DNA of 64,000 nucleotides from Rebecca billardiae RCC1528 (lineage: Eukaryota; Protista; Haptophyta). Location: the NCBI GenBank assembly GCA_965240325.2, contig OZ251226.1, forward strand, positions 1,922,001-1,986,000, written 5' to 3'. Position 1 is the first letter of the stretch. Each line of letters opens with the position of its first letter. Positions 42,505 to 53,910 of the stretch are shown here, one piece after another. A program made the position numbers and the translations under genes. Under the pieces are notes generated by a model. The model was given only the letters and a program-made list of their open reading frames with translations. It did not search any database and had not been told where the DNA came from.

Positions 42505-44178
42505 ATGTCGTGGGGCCATCAGCAGATGGGCCTGGAGTCCACAACACACACCTTCGGGGCCGGCATCGGTCACGCGCAGTCCGCGCAGCTCCCAGCCCCG
42601 AGCACCTCGCAGCTCCCCGCGTGGAGCCTCGGCCAAGGCGGTCTCGGCGCGCAGCCGCCGCCCACGGACACGCTTGTCGCGTCCAAGGTGCAGCTCGCAG
42701 CCTACTACAACGCGCTGTCACAGCAGCTTCCGGAGTCGTCGGGCATGGCGTCGACGGGCGCGCTCGCGCCGCATTCGTCGCACGCGCACGCGGCGCACGC
42801 GCAGAACCTCAGCTTGCAGCAGCTGCTCGCGAGCGCGCAGCAGCACCAGAACACGTATCACCAGCAGCCGCTGTCGCACCAGCTGCAGCACTACCAGCAG
42901 CAGACGCAGATGATGCAGGGCGGGCTCTCGGGCCCGTCGACGACGCAGGAGCTGTCCTCGCTGCTCTGGTCCGGCCTCGCCGCGAACGGCGGGCACGGGC
43001 TCAACACGAACCAGTCGGCCGCGGCCGGCGCGACCAGCTTTGGCCTCCTCTCGGGCTCAGGCGGCGTGCCGTCGCCGTCGCAGGCGCCGGGCCTCGGGGC
43101 GTACAGCGCGTCCGTCCCCGCCGTCGCGCCGACGCCACGGCTCTCGGACGCGCAGCCGCAGCTCTCCGTGCGCGCGGTCAAGGACGGGCAGAGCCAGGCC
43201 ACGCCCAACCCGGGCTCGAACGGCGGCGCGACGTTTGTCATCCCGCTGCCGACGAGCACGGGCGGGCAGAAGCGCACGGCGACGTCCTCCTCGGGCGCGC
43301 CCGCCGTCGCCGAGCCGCGCGCCGCCGCGCCGCGCGCTGTGGACGCGCCCGCGCACGGCGGGCCGCCGCCGCGCCGCGTCGGCCGGAAGCCCAAGCTCGT
43401 CACGTTCGAGTCGATCGCGCAGCGGTTTGACCAGCCGATCGAGCGCGCCGCGCGCTCGCTCGGCGTGTGCACGACCGTCATCAAGAAGGTCTGCCGCGCG
43501 AACGGCGTGCAGCGGTGGCCGTACCGCAAGATCCAGTCGGTCGTCCGGCCGATCATGCAGCTGCAGCTGCGCGTCGCGCAGGGCATCGCCTCGCCGGACG
43601 AGATCGCCGAGCTGCAGCGGCTGGTGCGCGCCGCGACGCGCGCCCCGCGCGCCCGCGCGCTCCACCCACCGCGCTGCCGCGCCCGCCGACACGCGCTCTC
43701 ACTGGACGCCTCCCCGCCCGCGCTCACGCTCGCGCAGACGCGCGCGCAGCAGAAGGCCGCATCGGACGACGAGCCCAACTCGGTCGCAGGCGGCGGCTCG
43801 TCGATCGACGGCGAGTCGGAGGACGTGCCGGCGCTCGCGGTCGGCGGCGGCTCGCCGGCGCAGTCGACGCCGTCGCTCCACGTCGAGCTGCAGCTCCCGG
43901 CGCTGCCGCAGATGCAGCAGCAGCAGCAGTACCACCACCACCAGCAGCAGCAGCAGCAGCCGCACGCGCAGTTCAACGCCTGCTTTGACTCGCAGACCGT
44001 GCACACGGCTGGGCTCTCGTCGCTCGGCTACGAGTACCCGCCCTCGGCGATGCAGGGCCAATACGGCATGCTCAGCTACTCGCAGATGTTGCAAGCACAG
44101 ATGCAGCAGCAGCAGTTCCAGCAGCAGTTCCAGCAGTTCCAGCCGCAGCAGCAGCAGCACGCGGCGTACGGCGGCTAG
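42505..44178 (+). CDS. RWP-RK (RKD-type, no PB1 seen) transcription factor; probable intron 43624-43737
   Basis: VTFESIAQRFDQPIERAARSLGVCTTVIKKVCRANGVQRWPYRKIQS; Gln-rich flanks. Confidence 0.92.
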   Translation: MSWGHQQMGLESTTHTFGAGIGHAQSAQLPAPSTSQLPAWSLGQGGLGAQPPPTDTLVASKVQLAAYYNALSQQLPESSGMASTGALAPHSSHAHAAHAQNLSLQQLLASAQQHQNTYHQQPLSHQLQHYQQQTQMMQGGLSGPSTTQELSSLLWSGLAANGGHGLNTNQSAAAGATSFGLLSGSGGVPSPSQAPGLGAYSASVPAVAPTPRLSDAQPQLSVRAVKDGQSQATPNPGSNGGATFVIPLPTSTGGQKRTATSSSGAPAVAEPRAAAPRAVDAPAHGGPPPRRVGRKPKLVTFESIAQRFDQPIERAARSLGVCTTVIKKVCRANGVQRWPYRKIQSVVRPIMQLQLRVAQGIASPDEIAELQRLVRAATRAPRARALHPPRCRARRHALSLDASPPALTLAQTRAQQKAASDDEPNSVAGGGSSIDGESEDVPALAVGGGSPAQSTPSLHVELQLPALPQMQQQQQYHHHQQQQQQPHAQFNACFDSQTVHTAGLSSLGYEYPPSAMQGQYGMLSYSQMLQAQMQQQQFQQQFQQFQPQQQQHAAYGG

Positions 44179-45299
44179 CCGGGCGGCCTCGCACGCCTCG
44201 CCACCTTCACAACACCAACCGTCAACCACACCGCACACCGGGGCGCCGCGCGCCTGGCGATGGTCCCTCCTGGGCCTCCCAGCGCCCCCCGCCTCTGCGA
44301 CGATGGCCCCCCGGCCACCGCTCGCCCCAAACCAGCAGCTCACGTCGTCCCTCAGGCCTCCATGCCATCCATGGCCCTCGCCTCGACGTCCGCCGTTGCG
44401 CACACCCAGTCGCACACCTCCCGTGCCCACCCTGGCACGCCGCATGTGGCGCCAGCTGTCGGCTCCGCTGCTCATTCCGCCCATTGAGCAGCCCAGCCGC
44501 ACGCTGTCCGCGCCCTCCCCCACTCGTCTCTCCATCTCGCTCTCGCCGTGGCCGACGCGCACTCGTCGCCACGCGTGTACCCCATACATCGCGCTCGAGG
44601 CTTCCGCCCGTGTGTGGCTCGCTCGAGACGTGCCCGACGCAGACTTTTGTGTCTGCTCGCGCACCTCTCGCGCCCCCACGCATGCCCGGATGCCCGGTGC
44701 ACCCTTTCGCCGCCGCCTGAGCACCTGAGCCTGGCTCGCCTGCGTCAGGCGCGCGTTGCCCGCACGCGCCCGCTCACCGCGCCTGCCGCCCTCGAGCCCG
44801 CCACTCCACCCGCGTGGACCCCCGCCCTCCGATGAGGGCGGGCTGCCACGTGGCCGAGTGCGCGCTCGAGGACGCCAGCCGGTGTGCGCCCGCTTCCGTG
44901 CCCACGCACGCGCGCCAGTGGCTGCTCCGCCAGCCCGACGCCCCGAGCCTCTCTCAGGACGCCAGCGGTCCACCCGTCCGCGAGGACACCCGTGGACACT
45001 TTGCTGACTGTCGACCGTCGACGGCTGGTCCCACCGGCGTTCCCACCGAGGCACGGCTCGCTTCTCGAGTCGTTCGCCCCGTGCCCGAACGCGGTCTCGA
45101 CCTCAGCCGCCCGACATCCATTCTGCCAGCCAGTTCAGTTCCACGACCACCGGCTTATGCGACTCCGCGCGCCGCCACTTGTGGAGTCCCACACTGCTCA
45201 GCAGCGGTGTGAGGCGCAGCATAATTAATAATTATTATTTAATTATATATATTATAATTATTATTTATTGCCTTTCAAATATATGGCACGGCATATCTG

Positions 45300-45830
45300 A
45301 ACGGCCCGCGGCGGCGCGGCGGGCCTTGAGCTGCTGGAGCGCGATCCACCTGCGCTGCGCGGCTCGCATGGCCCTGCTGTGCCCCGAGCGAGGGCGATGG
45401 TGCAGATCCGGATGTCAGCTGGCACTGGCAGTCTCTGCCGCTGGTAGCCGGCTGCGGTCAAGCCTTCCCTGCACTGCTCCCTGGGCGGTCGCGTGCGCGC
45501 TAGCCCGCGCTTGCCGCTCGTCGCTCGAGTCCGAGCTGGCTGGCTGGCCGCGGCTGGCGCCGCGGCGTCGTCCAGGGTGCGCTTCGTCCGCTGCTGCGGC
45601 AGCTCCTCGTCGTGCAAGTCGTCGCCCGGGGGCGAGTCTCGGTCCTCGTGGAGGGGGACAGCAGGGACTGGCGTGGGTGCAGCGGTCGGCGGCCAGGCGC
45701 GCCGCCTTGCGCGCCTGGCGTTCCTTGACGGCGCGGCGCGTCGAGGACTTAGTCGAGGAGCGACGGCTCGATGGAGAACGAATCCGTCGGCCCTCGGCGT
45801 CGCGCCGTTGCCCGCGCTTCCCACGCCAGG
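45300..45830 (-). repeat. second, degenerate copy of the basic-ORF repeat in element B
   Basis: 45320-45420 matches 31520-31620; encodes RGKRGQRRDAEGRRIRSPSSRR...ERQARKAARLAA. Confidence 0.8.
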
Positions 45831-45877
45831 GGACTGCGCGGTTCACTATTTTCATCAGTAGCTTTAGATCATGTATA

Positions 45878-45911
45878 TTAAATTCCCCTTTATAACGGGC
45901 TCCGGGTGATC
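45878..45911 (+). repeat. 34-bp direct repeat, copy 2
   Basis: Identical to 41891-41924. Confidence 0.9.
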
Positions 45912-47777
45912 CGGCCGCCGATAATTCACCTACATCACTAGCTATCGATCGGATATGAGTAGTGAAACTTTATTCTGGTTCTGGTGAACACAGCTTTAAA
46001 CAATTTTAATTCGTGACAAAGCCCTGGGAGACCCAGCTCCGACCCCCTTTAATTGTGTGTGACGGACGTACTGCTGAGGAAAGTAATACCGGAGTAAGAA
46101 TACGAAGAATGAAGCCCGAAGCGTTTTTTATTAGGCGCGCTTCGGGAATCGAGAACGCATGTCGTTACCTTTTTGAGCGCGCGCCATAGGGATGTCGTTG
46201 CGATTCCCACCTATTTGTTGACGCTTTTCTACGCGACCATCCACCTCCCTTGACCATCCGCTCCCAAGTTGAGGAACCGCGACGATTGCTTTCGCCACCG
46301 CGCCGCGCGCGCTCGGCACACACGATTGAGTATGACGAACGAGCTCAGCGCGCTGCTGCAGGAGGTGACGGCCACGCGCGACACGCAGAACGGCGCTCAG
46401 CCGGCGTGGCTCGACGACGCTTCCGGCACTCGCGCTCGCACTCGCACACAGGCGTACGTGTGCGACGAGGATCAGCTCCGCGGGCCTCCGCCGAACCCAG
46501 CGCCACAGATGCCATCGTCGGCGTCGCGAGATACTGCGCCGATCTGGCGGAGATCCAGCGGCACGTGGCGGCGATCAAGCAGCCGCAGCCGCATCAGATG
46601 ACGTGCACGAACGGCCTCATGGAGAAGCTCGTACCACAAGCCTACCATAAGCCACCCGCTCGCCGACTTGCCTGACTACTAGTACTACTCGCGCTGGCTC
46701 GTCAAGTCGTCACCAACGGGCGCGGCCTTCGAGCCGTCACCCGCGCCGCGCGCGGCTCGCGGCGCCATTGCGGAGGTGCGTGCCCGCCGGCGCGAGCTGC
46801 ACAACACAACATGCACACCGACGCGAGCCGCTCGTACCACGTCGTGCCCGACGGGCCGTGCTCAGCGACGGCTGCAAGCCTACGCCATGCAGTCGGTTGT
46901 GCCCTGCGCCGCTCGCCTCGCACCCGTGCAGACCCGAGACCGGTGGGCCATCCGCGGTGCGTGCCGTTGCCGCGCCGTCGTGCCCGAGCGGCCGTGCGCA
47001 GCGATGACTGCATCGACGCGCGCCTCGCCGTGCGCCTCGGTGGGCTGCGTGCGCCGTGCAGTGAACCGCGGTGGCGGTGCGGTACCGTGCTGCGGCGCCG
47101 CGCGCGCGCGCCTGCGGCGCGCCACCGGATGATACCGTTATTTATAGTCAGCGCTGAACGGCCAACTCGTCCCATCGTCGTCGGGTCTGCCGGCCCTAAC
47201 CAGCTTCTCCGTCGCGTCCTAGACGCGCTGTGTTCGACCAGCCCCACCGGGACAAGGCCGCCAGGCCCCCGCAGGTTTTGCTCCGACGGCGGGCTGCCGC
47301 AACGACGACTCGACGAGCAGTCCGGTAGCATAGTATATTGGGCCGCCGCGCCCGCATCCATACAGTATCATGCTACAGTATGGAGGATGACTGGCAACGA
47401 TATAAAAGCCTGTGGCTGCTGAACTGCTGATATAATCACTTGGACCATGTGTCTGACATTGGACGGACCATTTGTCCATTGGACTAGTCGACGATGACGG
47501 CCGCGGATCGGGGCACCGGCGACCGCGCCCTTCAGCTGTGATTGATGATGATTGCACCGGTAATCGCCAGCGGCCTGAGGATAGGCCCAGCGGCGTGCCC
47601 GTTGCCGTCCGCGTCGCTCAAGTCTTGGCCTGTCGTCGCACTCCGGTCGAGCCGGACCAGAATGCCCAGCAAGCAATAAGATGCCATCCGCAGAAAGCTC
47701 ATCGGCATTGCGCATGATCTTGGGTCAGCAGCGGCATGCGCGCGATCTCGTCGGACCAGTGTGTGCCCGTGCAATTG

Positions 47778-48017
47778 TCACTTCTTAGCTGCAGCAGACA
47801 TCACCGACTGCCGCGCAGCATGCTGCGTCGAGCGCGACGCCTGTGGGTTGGTCGTGACGCCGATCTGGCCGGCGATGGAAGCTTGCGACCGGCCAGAGTT
47901 GCCTTGCGCAGCCGCCGCCATCACCGCCTGACGAGAGGCATGCTGAGTCGCCGTGCTGAGCTGCGGGTTGTTGGCGACGCCAAGGTGACCCGCGACTTGC
48001 TGCTTGGACATGGACAT
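47778..48017 (-). CDS. 79-aa microprotein made of two ~39-aa repeats
   Basis: SKQQVAGHLGVANNPQLSTATQHASRQAVMAAAA / SQASIAGQIGVTTNPQASRSTQHAARQSVMSAAA; the repeat is conserved at protein level. Confidence 0.65.
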   Translation of the reverse strand: MSMSKQQVAGHLGVANNPQLSTATQHASRQAVMAAAAQGNSGRSQASIAGQIGVTTNPQASRSTQHAARQSVMSAAAKK

Positions 48018-48232
48018 CGTCGTTGGTGGAGAGCTGCGACTGCGGGCGTAGAAGGGGGCAAGCGGACGTGGTCGCTCGTTGCCGCGCCGCGCCGCAGCGA
48101 CGACCAACTGAGGGTTCTGCAGACGCACGGGCTGCGCCCGGACGCCGCACCGGGAGGGCGCCACACCTGTCCACCGGACCCCGACCGGGACCGCCCTCTA
48201 AAATGCCGGCTGCGGGCGCGTGCCGTATCAGC

Positions 48233-48841
48233 ATGCGCTGGGCCGGCGTTCTCCTCATCGGCCTTCACTGCGTCACCGTCTCAAGAGCAGCGCCACGGAC
48301 TGCAAGCCGGCGAGCAGTGCTGCGCAGTGCCATCGGTGCCGTCCTCGTGAGCGCGCCGCCCCACCGCTCTGCTCATGCGGATGTGGTGGGAGGCCTGTTG
48401 CCACCATGCTCGGGGCGCGCGTGCGTGTCTTCGCAGGACGACAGGCCCGCCGTCTGGGATAACCCGTGGGAGTATGACGGGTCTGCCAAAACCCTTGCCC
48501 AGCGCATTCGCATGGCACTGGCAGCCGAGCCTGGTGCTCAGCTGCTCGAGAGCAACGACGACGCCTACGTGCATGCCAACGTCGCAGCGCCAGGTGGAGC
48601 TGTGGATCACGTGGAGCTATACCTGATGCCAGGGGACAATCTCGTGCAATTTCGCGCGGAGCGCATCCCTCGTGGGACTCCAGACTTTGGAGGCAACCGT
48701 CGCCGGCTGGAACGACTCCGCGTCCAGCTGGGCCTGGACAAGACGATTGTGCTGCGCGCGCGCACGACGGTGCTTGGTCTGGAGAGCCCGCTCGATTGGT
48801 TTGGCCCGGCAGAGTATGATGCAGAGGGTGTGTTGCGATAG
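48233..48841 (+). CDS. DUF1499 family protein, probably thylakoid lumen
   Basis: Signal peptide, twin-Arg SRRAVL, AHA cleavage site; LPPC...CVSSQ, VDHVE, DFGGNRRRLERLR. Confidence 0.8.
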   Translation: MRWAGVLLIGLHCVTVSRAAPRTASRRAVLRSAIGAVLVSAPPHRSAHADVVGGLLPPCSGRACVSSQDDRPAVWDNPWEYDGSAKTLAQRIRMALAAEPGAQLLESNDDAYVHANVAAPGGAVDHVELYLMPGDNLVQFRAERIPRGTPDFGGNRRRLERLRVQLGLDKTIVLRARTTVLGLESPLDWFGPAEYDAEGVLR

Positions 48842-48881
48842 CTGTGTTTCGGAACTGCTGGCTGGCGCGCGCGCGGCATCA

Positions 48882-49051
48882 TAGCCCGCGGTGCAGGGCG
48901 GACCGCGTCTCAGCGTGGAGCCTTCGCCGGGGGCTCTCCCTACGCCTGTCAAAAAGCGCCTCCTATACCGTAGTTTCGGATCCGGGAAGAAAAGTAAAGC
49001 GCAGGACGGGGGGCGATTTTGACGGTTGCCGGTTGGTGGAGGGCCTGAGTT

Positions 49052-49054
<3 letters not shown>
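48882..49054 (+). mobile_element. truncated, diverged 5' end of the element A/B family
   Basis: TAGCCCGCGGTGCAGGGCGGA..CAGCGTGGAGCC...TCAAAAAG...GGACGGGGGGCGATTTT...GAGTTTC. Confidence 0.65.

Positions 49055-49055
<1 letters not shown>

Positions 49056-49089
<34 letters not shown>
49056..49089. repeat. (CT)n microsatellite
   Basis: Perfect CT run. Confidence 0.95.
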
Positions 49090-49091
<2 letters not shown>

Positions 49092-49387
49092 TGAGGGCCC
49101 CTATATTGTACGCGCCATCAGACTCTGATCCGATCTGCGATATATATATAATGCGCGCAGCATCTTAAACCGGTCTGATGAGTCTCAGTGATATAATGGT
49201 TGACGAATCGTTACATACTGTAATCACTGCTGGTAACTCACTTTGAGCGTCTGCGACTGCGTCACAGCCACAGGGCGCAGCGAGTCGTATAGCGACCACT
49301 CTGATGAACCAGCGTGACGAGCGTAGCTCCGTCGGCACATGATGGCTGCACCGCGCATATCGCGTGATAGGTGCGATGCTGAACTGC

Positions 49388-50711
49388 TCATTCTGCGCGT
49401 GCCACGGACGGCTCGGTGAACCAGAGCTCGCTGAGTGCGCCATCGTGTGCGCCGTACCCGAGCACGTGCACGCTCCCGACCACGGACGAAACAGCCAGGC
49501 CAGGCCCGAGCGACGCGGGCGCATCCACTTCGGCCGCGGCGTGTGCACCGCCTGCCGGTGGGGGCCACACGTTGTTGAGGCAGGCGAGGGCCGTCAGCTG
49601 CGCGCCCCCAGCAGAGGGCGACATGGTCGTGCGCGTGCCCCCTTCTCCGCCGGGGAGTAATGCGTGGGTGGCGACGAGACCATCCTTCGAGCAGGACGCG
49701 GTGGCGATCGCGCTGCCCGCCGAGTCGGTGTGTGGCAGGAATGCGCAGCCCGTGACGGCATGCGTGTGCACGCCGCGCACGGCCTCGCCGAGCTGCCCGC
49801 CGGTGCGCGTGTCGAACAGGCGCAGCTCGCACCCCTCGCCCGAGAAGCCGTTCGTGCCCGCGAGCACGTACTTCCCATCGGCGCTCACGTCGACGCAGAG
49901 CGCGAAGAACGACCATGCCGGTGCGGGCTGGAGGCTGAGGGCGGGCTGCAGCGTGCGCACGTCCAGTACGCTCAGCGAGAGGTCCTCGGAGCCCTGGGCG
50001 ACGAGCGCAGGGCTGCCCGACGGGAACGGGCACATGCACGTCACCAGGTTGCGCGCGCGCTTGTAGGACCCCGTCTGCTTGCCCGTCGTCGCGTCCCAGG
50101 TGCGCACGGTGCAGTCGCGCGAGCCGGAGACGATGGTCCAAGCTCCGCCCACGCCGCCGATCGCCGCGACAGCTGAGACCGTCAGCTCGTGCCCTTCGAG
50201 GACGGCGAGCGCCTGCTCGGATTCGCGGCCCCATATGCGCACAGTCCCGTCGCGCGACGCGCTCAGTGCCCCCTTCGTCGGCTCGAACGCCACGGCATGA
50301 TTCACGCCTCGCTTGTGGCCCGCCCACCGCAGTATAGGCGCACGCGCTCGCGCATCGTACAGCAGGACAGACTGGCGCGCGGACGGAGGCGAGAGCGGGC
50401 AGTGCGCGCGGGATGTGACCGGGGGTCATGCGGGCGGGCCTATCGGCAGCGCCCTGCACCACCTGCAAGGGCAGCGCCCGCGCGCGGTGGGGTGGGCCGC
50501 GCGCGCTCACCTTGTCCTCCGAGCACGACAGCCACTCGCCATGGAGCGGGCCGGCCGCGACACAGTTCACAATGTCGGTGTGAGCAGGCGCGAGAGCGGC
50601 GGCAGTGGAGCTGGCGGGCTCAGCACCGCGCGCAGGCCCCTTCTCATCCGCGGCATACGCCCCGGCGCGGCCGGCGGGCTTGGACTTGTCAGCGCTCACG
50701 CACGCCCCCAT
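49388..50711 (-). CDS. WDR31: WD40 protein, WDR31-like, N-acylation motif (intron ~50372-50510)
   Basis: MGAC start; SCSEDK|SVLLYD; SASRDGTVRIW; SGSRDCTVRTWD; RNLVT; QGSEDL; NGFSGEGCELRLFD. Confidence 0.7.
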
Positions 50712-50777
50712 CCTGGCGCCGGTGTTTTTTCTCGCGCAAAGCTGCCATTTTCTTTTTCCACCCCGCTCAATTTCAAA

Positions 50778-52313
50778 ATGGCCGCGATGGCAGCCGCTCG
50801 AGTGGGCGTTGCGTTGCTGCTCGTGCTCGCGCAGCGCAGCCAGGTGCACGGCGCGCCCTTCCTGTCCTCAGCGCGAGACGGGCGAGCTAGCCCAGAGTCA
50901 CTGGCCTCGAGCGTCGACCAGCTGGCCGCCGTATCCAGACTGCTCGATGTGCGGCGCGCGGTGCAATCACAGCTCGCGCGGCACGACGCACACATCTCCG
51001 GAGGCGGCAAGAAGAGTTTCAGTGCGAGCGACTACGCCATGTTTTCGCAACGGTACGAGTCGGTCTGGGCGGTGCGCATCCACGGCGATTCCGTGGATTA
51101 CATCTCCAAGCGCACCGTCTCGAGCTGGAGCGGGATGAAGATGAAGGACGCGGTGCGCGCCGCCTTCTACGGCCAGCTGCACATGTTTATCAACCTGATC
51201 CGCACGACGCTCCGCTCGCATCCGGAGGCACGGCCGGCGCAGCCCATCGTCATCCTCGTCAACACGCACGACAAGCCGGTGATCTACGCGCGCGCCGCGC
51301 GCCTCGGCCCGCTGCCCGCGCCGTTCGAGTCGGGCGCGCCCCAGCTCGACTCCGCCTCCGGCCTGCAGCTCGAGCACCCGGCGTGGATGGTGTCGGACTC
51401 CAAGCTGCTGCTGGACCTGCACAGCTACATCGAGCGCGGCGAGCTCGACTTCGCGTGGGTGGGCTCCGGCCGCCCGCCGCCCGTCCTCTCGCCCTCCGTC
51501 GTGCCGCGCGTGCACCTGGACGTGCTCTGGCCGAACCGGCACAAGATGATCTGCGACGAGAACGCCTTCGACCCGCGGCTGGCGGCGGTGCGGTGGGAGG
51601 ACAAGGCGGACGTGGTCAGCTTCAAGGGCTTCGGCGACGCGTGCCCCCGGGACCGGCCGCGCAACGTGCGCCAGCGCATCATGTGCCACGTGGGCGCGCG
51701 CGCCGCCAACATGAGCCGCACGCTCGGCGTGCGCTTCGACCTGGGCGGCGTGCGCGAGCCCCCCTACAAGTCGGCGCTGAACAAGTACCTGCTGCTCGTG
51801 GACGGCGTGGTCGGCTCGTTCAGGTCGACGTGGTACCTGCGCACCGGCTCGGTCATCCTCGCCTCGGGCCTCTTCCTCGACGTGCGCACGCAGCTGCTCA
51901 GGCCGTGGGTGCACTACGTGCCCTTCGACCCGATGCGGCCGGACGGGCTCGAGCGCGCGCTCGGCTTCCTCGTGCGCAACCCGGCGTACGCGCGCTGGGT
52001 GGGCGAGAACGCGCGCATCGCGGGCGACCTGCTCACCGGGCGCGACAACGGGCATACCTTCGACAAGGCGTACGCCGCAGAGCTGCTGCGGCAGTACGCG
52101 CAGCGCTACCCGCTCGCCAGAAGCGCGCGAGACAACCTGCTGGACTTCACCAACTCGACGCGCTGCGACAGCTTCACAGCAGGCTGGCCGGCGGTGAACT
52201 GGATGCGCATCGCCGGCTGCCTCGACGCTCGCTACGCATGCCACGGCGAGCTCCTAGACAGCGCCTCCCTCAAGGATCCCGTCACCGTGGCATCTGGGCG
52301 CCTGCCGTTGTAG
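50778..52313 (+). CDS. GT90/CAP10-family glycosyltransferase
   Basis: Signal peptide; VNTHDKP; WEDK; KYLLLVDG...SFR...LRTGSVIL; LRPWVHYVP. Confidence 0.8.
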   Translation: MAAMAAARVGVALLLVLAQRSQVHGAPFLSSARDGRASPESLASSVDQLAAVSRLLDVRRAVQSQLARHDAHISGGGKKSFSASDYAMFSQRYESVWAVRIHGDSVDYISKRTVSSWSGMKMKDAVRAAFYGQLHMFINLIRTTLRSHPEARPAQPIVILVNTHDKPVIYARAARLGPLPAPFESGAPQLDSASGLQLEHPAWMVSDSKLLLDLHSYIERGELDFAWVGSGRPPPVLSPSVVPRVHLDVLWPNRHKMICDENAFDPRLAAVRWEDKADVVSFKGFGDACPRDRPRNVRQRIMCHVGARAANMSRTLGVRFDLGGVREPPYKSALNKYLLLVDGVVGSFRSTWYLRTGSVILASGLFLDVRTQLLRPWVHYVPFDPMRPDGLERALGFLVRNPAYARWVGENARIAGDLLTGRDNGHTFDKAYAAELLRQYAQRYPLARSARDNLLDFTNSTRCDSFTAGWPAVNWMRIAGCLDARYACHGELLDSASLKDPVTVASGRLPL

Positions 52314-52495
52314 AAGTGTGCGCTGCAAGGGTGCCGCGGCCCGCGTGCTGAATGCATAATGGCGGGTGCTGTGTGTGTGCTGATCTGATGGAAATTCCGC
52401 AATATTCAAATTCGTCAATAAATTCGGACGTCGTACCACGAAGAAGGTGCGCGCAGCAGCCGGTGCACCTGCCGCAAGTGACCTCGTCGTGCAGC

Positions 52496-53572
52496 ATGGC
52501 CGCCGGCCAACTCATGGGCGGCCAAATCTTGCTCGTTGCCCTCACTAGCGTGGGCCGTGCTCGGCGGGCATTGATGGGCGAGCTGGACGTGGTGGCGGCA
52601 AATGTCTCGTTCGCCACGCCCAAGCCCGAGTGCCCCACCGACATGAACCTTGTGTGCTCTCCTGAGCTGCCAGAGAACGAGGCAAAGGCGGCACGCGATG
52701 CCGAGGCTGTGCGTGTCCGCGAGTTCGGCAGCCGCGACGGCGACGTGAACGTCGCGCCTGGCGGCGGTGACGCAGGAGGCTGGCCCACCAACCTTTCCAC
52801 TCTTGCCGTGGCGTCGGCCTCGCAGTTCGGCCGCGGCGTGGCTCTGTCTACGGAGATGTGTCGTTCGTTCCTGCATGACCCCTCGCACATGTTCAGCTTC
52901 ATGTGGTCCAGTCGGGGCCCGACGTTGAGCGAGACGAGCGCGCCAGGGTGCGCGCCCGTGCGCCATCGCGTGAAACGGTGGTTGGACGCCACGCTGGAGG
53001 GCGCGGTGTGCGCCCGCAACTGGTATGAGGGCTCGCTCGGCTGCAGTGACGCGGCCAGCCGCGTGCCCTTCCCGGGCGGGCGCCTGTCCACGGTGCAGGG
53101 GCTCCTGGGCCCGGCGGGTCGGACTCGGGAGCTGTGCAATGCGCGACTCGGAGTGCGCGACGAGGCATGCTTTGCGTCACGGCAGGCAGCGTGCCAGCGT
53201 GCAGGCTACACCCTACTCTCACTCCGCGGCACTCTGCCGCCGTGGTCGCAGTGCCGAGCGCTCGAGTGGCTGCTCTGCGCACTCACCGACCGACTGCCAG
53301 GCCAGCGCACGGGCGCGGGCGTCGCCTTCGCCATGCCGCCAAGCGAGCTGGACACGGGGTACTTGGTCATGGCGGCGCGGCGACGCACCCCGGCCTATAG
53401 GTCCACCCTTACGTACTACCTTCAGGCGTGCATCACCAGCGTGGTCTGCAGCAACGGTGACGACATCTGGCATCTGCCGCGTGCTGAGGCCGGACGGGCG
53501 TGGCACTGCGAGATCAATCGCACGGCCGTCGAACAGCTTCCGATTTACGTCCGCGCGGCGGCGGCAACCTAG
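52496..53572 (+). CDS. hypothetical Cys/Trp-rich secreted protein
   Basis: Hydrophobic N-terminus; CARNWYEG; many Cys; long ORF. Confidence 0.6.
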   Translation: MAAGQLMGGQILLVALTSVGRARRALMGELDVVAANVSFATPKPECPTDMNLVCSPELPENEAKAARDAEAVRVREFGSRDGDVNVAPGGGDAGGWPTNLSTLAVASASQFGRGVALSTEMCRSFLHDPSHMFSFMWSSRGPTLSETSAPGCAPVRHRVKRWLDATLEGAVCARNWYEGSLGCSDAASRVPFPGGRLSTVQGLLGPAGRTRELCNARLGVRDEACFASRQAACQRAGYTLLSLRGTLPPWSQCRALEWLLCALTDRLPGQRTGAGVAFAMPPSELDTGYLVMAARRRTPAYRSTLTYYLQACITSVVCSNGDDIWHLPRAEAGRAWHCEINRTAVEQLPIYVRAAAAT

Positions 53573-53910
53573 CTAGCCCGCGATTGCGGCGCCTGGCAAT
53601 GAGCCCGCAGGCCGCTGGCCGAGTGCCACGCCACGCCGCGCTGGTCAGTGCCAGTGGTCACCGGCTGAGTCGGCGCTGGTCGGTGGTCCGCGTGCCCGCC
53701 GGTGCCGCCGGTCCGGCGGTCCGCCGCCGCTCGGCCTCATGATCTAGAATCAGGTCTGAGAATCGGAATATATCGTCAATCAGATCCCGCGCTATGTAGT
53801 GCCATGAGTCCCAATGACGATTATGACCGCGCGCACGGCCTGAATCTGTCGCCAGTGTCGGATACTTCCCTGAAGAGTGAAGGCTGAATTTGTGGAATGA
53901 ATCCGTATCA

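Noticed and set aside
46250-46675. Small gene
   Set aside because: Coding-like pieces sit in two frames with no supported splice or homology; insufficient evidence.
49165-49240. Hammerhead ribozyme (CTGATGA-GTC...GAC-GAAT)
   Set aside because: The core reads GAAT rather than GAAA and stems I and III are not convincing. A similar partial match near 32480-32510(-) also fails.
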